Source: an uncultured Clostridia bacterium
GTDB taxonomy: Bacteria > Bacillota > Clostridia > Christensenellales > UBA1242
Assembly (NCBI GenBank): GCA_946496065.1
Contig: CAMMFF010000001.1
Span: forward strand, 191,681 to 255,680
DNA: 64,000 nucleotides
Direction of reading: 5' to 3'
A model generated the notes under the pieces. It did no database searches and was not told where the DNA came from. It saw only the letters and a list, made by a program, of their open reading frames with translations. Shown here piece by piece: positions 1 through 9,700 of this stretch; position 1 is the first letter of the stretch; each line of letters opens with the position of its first letter. The translations under genes and the position numbers were made by a program.

Positions 1-2
1 AT

Positions 3-308
3 GAAAAGGAATTGGAAAACTGCAATATTCTTTGTGAGTTGTTGTTGAGAATGGGTGGAGACAACAAATTTTACTCCAGTTCGAGAAAGTTTTTGTCGGG
101 ATATAATGTTGATTATGTTAAAAATTTTGACAAAATCTTTTTGTATGACATAGAGCTGTTGGAAATCAATGTGATTGAAGTCAAAAGTATGATTGCAAAG
201 ATTGAAAACAAAATCATCAGAGAAAAACTTAAAATTGTTTTGGACAATAAAAAAGAAAGTTTGAAAAATTTAAAAGAAAATTATTTCAAAAATAATTTAA
301 TTGATTAA
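3..308 (+). CDS. 3' end of an unidentified protein gene that starts left of the window
   Basis: Frame 3 is open from the window edge to TAA 306-308. The ORF track shows only the part after an internal TTG at 12. Lys/Asn/Ile-rich, no family recognised. Confidence 0.45.
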   Translation, partial: EKELENCNILCELLLRMGGDNKFYSSSRKFLSGYNVDYVKNFDKIFLYDIELLEINVIEVKSMIAKIENKIIREKLKIVLDNKKESLKNLKENYFKNNLID

Positions 309-327
309 AAAATATCAAAAATTTAAT

Positions 328-375
328 AAAAATATTAAAAAATATTGATTTTTTGATGCATTTTTTAATATTTTT
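328..375 (+). terminator. all-A/T perfect 16-bp inverted repeat (possible weak terminator of the upstream gene)
   Basis: AAAAATATTAAAAAAT (328-343) and ATTTTTTAATATTTTT (360-375) are exact reverse complements, with a 16-nt loop. It lies 20 nt after the stop codon. There are no G:C pairs, so stability is low. Confidence 0.3.
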
Positions 376-549
376 GATTTTTTAATTATATTTTTTAATT
401 GTTTTAATTACTCATAAATTACGATTCTTTGCATGTTTTTTTGAAAATTAATTTGAGAAAAAATTAAATAAAATCATTTTTAATTTAGAAATGACTTTTT
501 ATTATATAAATAATTATTTATATAAATTCATTTTTTCTTTGTTTTTTAT

Positions 550-579
550 TTGATAAATTTTATTGATAAGTGGTAAAAT
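550..579 (+). promoter_or_regulatory. putative sigma-A-type promoter of the 11-kb gene
   Basis: -35 TTGATA 550-555, 18-nt spacer, extended -10 TGgTAAAAT 571-579. This would give a ~50-nt leader carrying the GAGAGG SD. Confidence 0.35.
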
Positions 580-636
580 AATTTTGAAGATTTAGATAGA
601 CTTAACGGCAGAGAAATTTTTAGAGAGGTTTTCTTT

Positions 637-705
637 ATGAAAAAATTTAGCATTGTGTTGGTGTCAGTTATGACAATTTTGCTGAGCAGCGTACTTATGG
701 CTTGC
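637..705 (+). other. lipoprotein-type signal peptide (lipobox-like LMAC, Cys23)
   Basis: KK n-region, 18-aa hydrophobic core, then L-M-A-C. Met at -2 is non-canonical. Confidence 0.6.
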
Positions 706-3700
706 TCATTGAAAAAAGCCGAAGCCTCATTTTCACAAAATGAGATTGTTGTTTCATTGGGCGAAGATGTTTCACTGGACAACTATCTGAATGTTGTTGG
801 CGCAGATAAAAGTGAAATCTCATACCGCTTTTCAAACTCTTCCATTGTCAAATTGAGTGGAATGGTGGCAATTGCTCAAAATTCTGGAAAAACCTTTGTC
901 TATGCCACATATCAAAACAACAACTTGGCTTCAATGCAAATTGTTGTTAAGAAAAATTTCTCCGCACCTACAGATTTTGCTTTGAGTGAAACGGGACTTA
1001 TGACATGGGGAAGTGTTTCTGGATATTTTGAAAACGAAAAAAATCCAACAGTTGCTCAAAGTTATGTTGTGGAAGGAACGCTCACTACATATTTGGCAAA
1101 TGAGCCAGAAACAGTTGATGAAGTTGTGCCAATCAAAGAAACTGTTTCAACAAACAGTTTTCAATTGACCGACTATGGAGTTTACAGCTTGACAGTTTCT
1201 GCTCAAGGAACAGGCTATTTTGACAACAGCTCAGCATCACAAGTGCAGACTTTGTATTATGGATATATGGACGAGTTGACAGAAGAAGATTTGTCTTGGA
1301 ATGCTGTCGATGGAACCTTGTCTTGGAGTGCAGTCGCTGGTGCAAAATATAAAGTTAAGATGGACGATGTTCTTCTTGATGATTTTCAAACTTCAACGAC
1401 AAAAGATTTGTCGGCATATTTTGATTCTGCTGATGCGGGCACTCATTCAATTTCTGTTTTGGTTTATGATGAAGTTGGACAGAAAATTGCGATGGAAAGT
1501 GAAGAATTGGAAATTGTTAAACTTGATGTTCCAACTGCAAATTATGTTTTTTCAGCAAATGAAGGTGGACTTCTTGAAATTAAATCCGACTCTCAAGTCC
1601 AAAAGTATCAAGTTTCTTTGAAAAACACCGAAACTGAAGATGTTTCAACAATGAATTTTGATAATTCGGGCGTCGACATAAAAACAAATTTGAATGGTCT
1701 TGCTTCGGGCGTTTATGAGGTTGGCGTTTCTGCAGTTAATGAGAGTGGGCTTTTCTATGCAAGCGACACCTTTGCTCTTGGAAAGATATATAAAATGCCG
1801 GCATTGAATTTTGTTGGTGTTGGAGAAAATGAAATTGACGGAACAACTTTTAATGCGAGAGTTTCAACAACATCAAGTTTGATTGAAAGCAATGTCTTGG
1901 TTCTTGGACTTGGAAGCAATGTTGTTATTGAGGGGTTGACTGTCGATGAAACTTCAAAGAATATTTCGATTGAAATTCTTCAATCGGGAAAATATGATTT
2001 GGCGGTTTATAATTCTGCAAAATCTGAGACTAACCAAATTGCTGGAGAAGATGTTTATGTGATCAATTCAGATTTAAGTGCTCAGTTGAAAGTCATTAAA
2101 GTCTCTGCTTTCGATGCTGAATCAGGGATTACACACAGTTATGTTGAAGAAAAATCAGTTTTGACATTTGAAGCTGTCGAAAATGCTACTGACTTTGATT
2201 TATATTTCTGGAATGGCACAGACTTTGAAATTGTTGATGGTGAGAAATATTCACTTGAGACAGTGGAAAACAGTGTGTCATTCAAGTTTACTGACAAAAT
2301 TGAAACTTTGTTTGAAGCAAGTTCTGATGAAGGTGTTGATGTTTACAGATTTAAGGTTGTTGCAAAGACTGATGACGATAACCTTGCAATCAAATCTTCA
2401 CTGACAAAAACTTTGACACTGCTCTCTGCTCCAATTTCTGCTGGTAGTGGAAATTCAACAAACAAAACATACACTTGGAATTCTGTTAACAATGCAGATG
2501 GTTACAGATTGGAAATTTATGAAATAGATAAAGACACTTATGATGCCAATCAAGACGAAATTTCAATTGATGTTGAAGAGCTTTCTAAACAAGAAGAAAC
2601 CACCGTTGATGCAAGTTACACTTTCTCAAAAGTTGGGTATTATTATGTGAGAGTGTTTGCGGTTTCGAACAAAGCGAATGAATACATCTCATCAGTGGAC
2701 TGTCTGGAAGAAGTTTTCTACATTGCAGAACAACTTGTCAATGGAACAGTTCAGTTTGGTTATGATGCAAGTTATGTGAACCACAGTGGTTTCACTGCAA
2801 GCACTGGTTATTTTGTTAAAATTGCCAATGCCGAAAACATCAGCAGTTATGAATTGACCGTTGGAAGCACAAAAGACGACACTTTCAAAATTTCTGAAGA
2901 AGAATTCAGCATCTATTTGCTCTCTGAGGATTTTGCTCAAGGGGACACTGCTGTCAACATTTCTGTGATTGGACATGCTGATGACGAAACGCTTTATGTT
3001 GCAAGCGAACCTACGAATTTGTCCATTGAAAGACTTGGTGCTGTTGCTTTTGAAAATTTGTCGATTGACGAACTTACATCAACTTTGACAATCAATGAAA
3101 AAACTGGTGCCACAGGTGCAAAGATTTGGGAAAGTGACAGCAATTTTGTTGACAAGACTGATGGCACTTATCCAGTGTTTAACATCTCTAAACTCAACAA
3201 CTTTGCCTTGACATTCACATTATATGGAACCAAACTTTCGGGAAACATTTATCAAGAAACAAACGGGAAAATCTATCTTGACAGCGTTGCTTCAACACTT
3301 AACTTTACTCGTTTGCAAGCACCAAGCAATTTCAAATTCTATGATGGAAATCTCACGTTTGAACACGCAGCGATCTCTGGAACAAAATATTATGTTTTGG
3401 ACTTGAATTGCACAACTCCTTCCGGACCTGTTGCTCTCAGTGTCAAATTTGACAGAACTGTTGTTGCAGTTTATGAAGGAACAAGTGTTCAGTTGGGGTT
3501 GCAATCAAACTTCATTTCCTATTCTGGAAGCACAGTTACAATCAAACTTAATGATTTGATTGAGGCTTTGAAAACAAATGAACAAATCTCAGGAATTTAT
3601 AACCAAGCAACAGAAATTAAGTTTTCGGTTTATGCATATCAAACTTTGAGTGACAGTTCTGTTATCACATTGTCTTCACCTTACGCAAGTGTGTATGGCG

Positions 3701-6700
3701 ACTCAGCAAGCACAGAACTTTCTGTTGAAAAAATGGGTGCGACAAAACTTTCGTTCTCAAACACAGCAACAGATTACACACTTTCTTGGGAAGAAGTTGA
3801 TGCAAATGCATCTGTAGCATCAGAAACCACCTATCAAATTTATATGGATGATTCTACTTACGGTTCTGAACTTTCTGGGACATTGTCTTACAGTATGTCA
3901 AGTTCAGGTTTTGAAGAATCAAGATATTACAAATTTTATGTTAAAGTTTCCAATCCATATTATTTGGAATCAAGCAACTCAAACACAATTTCCATTTACA
4001 AATTGAAGAGTTTGACTCAGTTGACACTGACAAATGATGCAAAATTAAGTTATGCAGTTTCAACTTCTGAGCAAGATTTTTATGATTATGTTGAAGTTAA
4101 AACCTCATCAACAGATCAGAACAAAACAGGTCAAATTGAAATCACAGAAAATGGTTCCTATACTTTGAAAGTGGTTGGGAAAAAGATTGAAAATGAAAAT
4201 TCGACTGTATATTATATTGATAGCAACACGACCACTTGGACTTTGGCTGAGATGAACACAATCAAGCCAGAAAATGACACAGTGACATTCTCAAACAATT
4301 TGCTTTCATGGAATGCGTTTGGTGACAACGCTGGCCTTGGAAGTTTGAGTTATATCATCATTTTCAAAGATGAAGCCGGGAAAGCTGCAACTTACAGAAC
4401 AGCAGAAACAAGCGTTAACCTATCAACAAATTCCGACCTTTACGAGGTAATTTCAAACCTTTCAGCAGGGAATATAGAAATTAGTGTTTCAGCTTATTTG
4501 GATAGTTATAGCGTTTCTGCTGGTGGCACAATTTATTATGCCAAAGATGTTGAACTTATCAATGGAAACACAGAAAACAACCATTATTTGTATCAATCAG
4601 ATAGTGTCATCAAAAAACTTACAACACCTGAAGTTACTGAAGTGAAGTATGTTTATGAAGGTTTGCAAAACGCACAATTCCCAAACATTCAAATTTCATT
4701 TGTTGGAAACTATGGAAACAGTGGAAGATTCAGCATTTATATCAACGATAATGACACGCCAGTGCTTACAAGCAACATTTCTTTGGCAGATGGAAAATAT
4801 ACATTCACATTGACCAGAGAAAACTATAACAACAACATCATGCCTGGTGAAAAGATGACCGTCAAGATCATGGCTTTGAGCGACACAGACATTCCTTCTT
4901 CTGAAGGCAGTGTTGATATTGTCAGAGTGGTTGACCTTAAGAGTTTGGCTTTTGATGCTGTTGGAGAAAAATATAATCAAAATCTTGTTATCAATTTTGA
5001 CGCCGAACATCTTGAATACACCGCAGGTGGCGTGATTTTGCAAGTGACATATCAAGAAAATGGTGGAGAAGTTAAAACGGAATATTTGGAAGTTTCAGTT
5101 GGGAGTCTTTCTGAAGAATTGTCTTATGATATGACTTCATTCTTTGAACAATATCTCTCAAAGGGTGGTTCAATCAAGGTTTCTGGTTACATCAACAATT
5201 ATGCCGATGATACAAACAAAATCTATTATCTTGCAACACCTACAGTTGTTGAAAGTTCAACATATAATGTGTTGAATCAAGTTGAAAGTGTGACAAAGGA
5301 AGAAGGCGGATTCTCAATTGATGCGTCACTTAATAATTTGTCAACAATATATGTTGTTGAGTATGGTTCAACAAGATTTGAAGTTGTCGCTGACGAAGGG
5401 AAGTTCTATTTTGAATTCCCAAACAGCTGGCAGAATGACAGTTATGATTTGAAGATCTTTGCGTCAGAAAATGGTTATGTCAATTCCGTTGCCAACACAA
5501 TCAACTTTGTCCTTAACAGAATCGACAGAGTGACAAGTGTGACTATGGAAAGAGATGATGCAGATATGTCTGAAGTTGTTTTGTCTTGGGATTCTGTTTC
5601 AAATGCAAGTGGATATATCTTGAAAATGTATGCTCAATCTGACACTGAAAGAACAAATTTGCTTTACAGTTTCAATACAGTTGACTATCATGCAGAAAAA
5701 GGTGATCAAATGAATCCGGTCAATGGAAAAGTTTCTTATTCATTGTCTGAGATTTTTGGAGAAAACTATCAAGACTTGATAGCTTTTGGGAAACTAACTG
5801 CTTTTGATTTGCTGTCAGATATTGATGTTGTCTTTGACCTTGTTACCATCGGTGGAAATGGTCTTAACAATTCATTCTCATTTGTCTTCAATGCAACAAT
5901 AAAAGGTAACGGAATTCAAACGACAGATATAAGTGTGGATTCCTTTGGAAGCATTGTGTTTGTAAGCGAAACCGGGGTTACATATTTATATAGATTTGTC
6001 GATGCTTCTGGAGCGACAGAGTTGCAAACATGGAAAGCAATTGAAGCAACTGCTGGCACGACAAAACTTGATGCTTCAAGTGTTATTTCAACTGGGACAT
6101 TGTTTAATGTGGAAATCATCGCAGTTGGAAGCGCAGTTGAAGAACCTGCTTCATCAGCAGATTACACATTCATTCTTGACTCAATGCCTTTGACAACAGT
6201 TGGAAATGATTTGACATTTGTTGTCAACGATGAGATTTATGAAGTTGGATATCATGAATTGTTGCCTTCAAGTTTGGCATTCACAATGACACCAAACAGT
6301 TTCACAAATCTTTTTGCAGGACTCAGCGAAGATGCAATCTTAACCGAAAGTGTTGTAAGTTTTGTTCCAACTGAGGCCTTCACAAGTGAAGAAGAGATGA
6401 AATACATTTATTCATATTCTTTCATGGAACTTTTGAGCAAACTCAAAGAAAGTGGATATGAATTGAGCGTGAATGAAAACTTCAAAATTTATTTCTGGTC
6501 ATATAGAGAAACAAGTGATGTTTCGGGAAGTTATATCATTTCAAAACCATACACATTCACATTTAGTTATGTGGCAGAAACTCAATTTAAAGAGATAACG
6601 AAAGTTGGTGATTTGGGAGAAGATTCTGTTTATCCTGAAGATTATGCAAATTCTTTTGCTTTGTTCAATAATGTTGATGTCGACGACAGTTTGCAAACAT

Positions 6701-9700
6701 TAGGCTTCTTCGTCAGAGTGACGCAACTTGCAACTGAAGAAGGAGAAGAAGGTGGCGAAGGAGAAACATTCTCAACCATTAAATTCTTGACAAAAGAGCA
6801 AGTTACAGGAAACACTTATTTTGCAGATCAATCAGTGTTCTCAATCAATTTGACAGAGATTTTTGAACAAGAAGATTTGAAAACACTCACTGGCACATTC
6901 CTTGTTGAATTTTCAAAGATTCAGGTGGAAATTTCTGGTTCTGGCACAGATAAAACATACAAATTTGTTTTGTCAGATTGGTTGTCAGCAAGTGGGGATA
7001 AAACATTCGAATTTGAAAGATTGCCATCAGTCAGAACATTGACATTATCCGCTGGAAATTTGTATTGGAGTCCAAATGGTGACAAAGCCACGAAATATTA
7101 TGTATACTTCATTCAAGACTTAAATGGCGAAGAACTTGGTGAAAAATACAACTATTTTGCAACAACAAACACATATTACAATGCTTCAAGTTTTGTTGGA
7201 ACAGAAAGTGCTTATTATTTGGCTGTTCAGAGCATTTCTGAAGATCCTTTCATGTTGCCTTCAAGCAGAGTGTTCATAACAGATGCTTCGGCTGGGCTTG
7301 ATACACCAATTTTGGTTTATAAAAATCAAATCAATGTTCCTTTGCAATTGGCAGACGGAAAATTGTTCTTTGACTGGGATGCAAACGGAGATTTCTACAA
7401 ATTGATTACCAGCAACAATTCTTATGCAGAAATCGCAACAGCATTGTCAACGACAGTTTTCACAAGTCCATTTACTTTCACATTGCAAGATTTGGTTAAC
7501 AATAACATCACTTTGCGAATCAGATTTACATCTCTTGAAAGTGGCTCGGAAGGTGTCAGAAAAGTTTTTGACATCAATGCAAGATATTTGCTTGCAAGTT
7601 TGACAGATTTTGCGACAGAAAACAGTTTTGATATTTTGAATAGGCTTAATGATATCTATTCAAATGCGGGATCTTCTTCTGTTCAAGAACTTATTTCCAA
7701 GTTTAGAGAATCGGTTGTTGTCAATGGAAGTTTTGGTATTGCAAATGCACAAAAACTGTTTGATGATTTGTTTGAGTCTGTTCAAATGGGAAGTTATAAA
7801 ATTGAATATTGTTTGTTGGGAAGCAGTAAGACCTTGAACTCTTCTTGGTACAATTTCTCAAACAGCAATGGGGAAAATGTTTTGTATGTCAATGGAGAAC
7901 CTTCTGTTAGAGCGACAAAGATTGAAAGCACAACTGACAAATCAATAAATTCATATCAAATTTTGGTTAAGAAGAGTCAAGTTTATGACTACACTTCTGG
8001 ATCATACTCTTTGAGGACAGCAGAAAACTATAACATGAAAATTTATGATGATGCTGGAAATCAATTTGTCTTTGCAATCACAAAGGGCATTTCAAATTGG
8101 AGTTTGAGCTATGTTGGAGAAGATGTCCCAGGAAGCGTCACTGTTTATGAAACAAATGCCACTGGAGAAACGACAACTGGTGGAGATTATTTGATGTTCT
8201 ATCTCAACCACAACAGCGGAGATTCGATTTTGGGAAGATTTGGAGATGTTGTTGGCTCTGGTAAAACATACAAAATGCAAATTTATGCTGTTGGAACTGA
8301 CTATTCTGCTTCAAGTAAGTCAGAGTTCTTCAGTTTGACATTGCTTGGATTTAACAATACATTTGCAATTGCCGACGGAGAATTTGTTTGGGGATCTGTA
8401 AACAACAGAAAAACTAGTGTTATATATAAGAAAAATACGAGCTCAGAAGAAACTGTTGAAGAAATTGATGGAAACATGGCAAATTCAAGATTTTCTTTGG
8501 CCGGGCTTGGATATGGATTGTATGACTACATTAAGTTTGTTTTGTTTGGAGAAGTCAGAGATAAATCAATCTTTGTCGACAGCGAGATCTATCAAGTGAA
8601 TAATGTTTATAAACTTGCAACTCCAACTTTGACAAATGATTTTGGTTACATTGCAATCGACGACTCCGCAAACATCGGTATGCTTGGTGTTGACAGTGCA
8701 ACTGATCCGTCATTGAAAAATTGCTATTCCGATGGAAGTTTGTACAATTATGTGCTTTACAACACTGACGAATCTTTGAACATTAAGTTCTCAGATGCAA
8801 ACAGTGCAAGTGAAATTTTGTATTATGAAACAGGAATCACAGGAATGGATTTAACAAATCCAGACTATGAATACAAAAACACAGAAGAAACTGCAAGTGA
8901 ATTCTTTGTGGCAAGTTTGGGAACAACTGCAGCACTCAACATTGAAGATGATGACAGTTTGTATTATCTCAAACATATCTATTGCAAAGATGTTACAACT
9001 GGAGAATCCAGCGACAAGAGTGTCGCTTTGAAGAGTGAAGTTGCAAGCATCAAAGCGTCTATGATGGACACTGTTCAAAATGTAATCATTGAAAATGGTA
9101 TCTTGAAATGGGGTGAAGTGACAGGTAAGTCTGGTGACACTTCTCTCACAGTTCCGTCAACGGGTGGAGCTGATGTGGTTTATAAAATCACAATTGTTCA
9201 ATATAAGGAATCAAACACCGAAGAAGGTGAAACAGAAACAAATGTTGGCACTGAATATTATTACTATACAACTGACACATCTTTTGATTTTACAATCATA
9301 AATGAAGATCAAATAGTTGCAACTGATGAAAAGACATATCTTAAAGCAACCGTTCAAGCATTGGCACTGAATGTCACAGATCGTGTTCCAATGGGCGATT
9401 ATGTGACCTTGGTTGAAGGTGGATATGCTTATGGCAATTTGCAATATGATGGCACAGGAACTTACATTTTGATGGGCAATGGTGCAATCTTGAGAAGTAT
9501 TGATCGTTTGAATCCTGTTGATACAGATTCATTTGAAATTGTTGATGGTTCACTTTATTGGACATACACAACAAGTTCAAGCATAACTGATGAAAAGATG
9601 TTCTTTGAACAATATTCATTTGTGGTAACGGACAATAATGGAAACGAAATTTCTGGTTCATTTGTTGTAGATTCAGTTAAGATTGACGAGCCAACTGCAA

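Noticed and set aside
592-601. The 10-mer TTAGATAGAC is shared upstream of both giant genes (592-601 and 22006-22015), and GATAGAC also occurs in the tatD -10 region.
   Set aside because: The positions relative to the predicted promoters and start codons differ (36 versus 60 nt from the ATG). A single 10-mer match between two ~300-nt A/T-rich regions is not far from chance, and there is no dyad symmetry.
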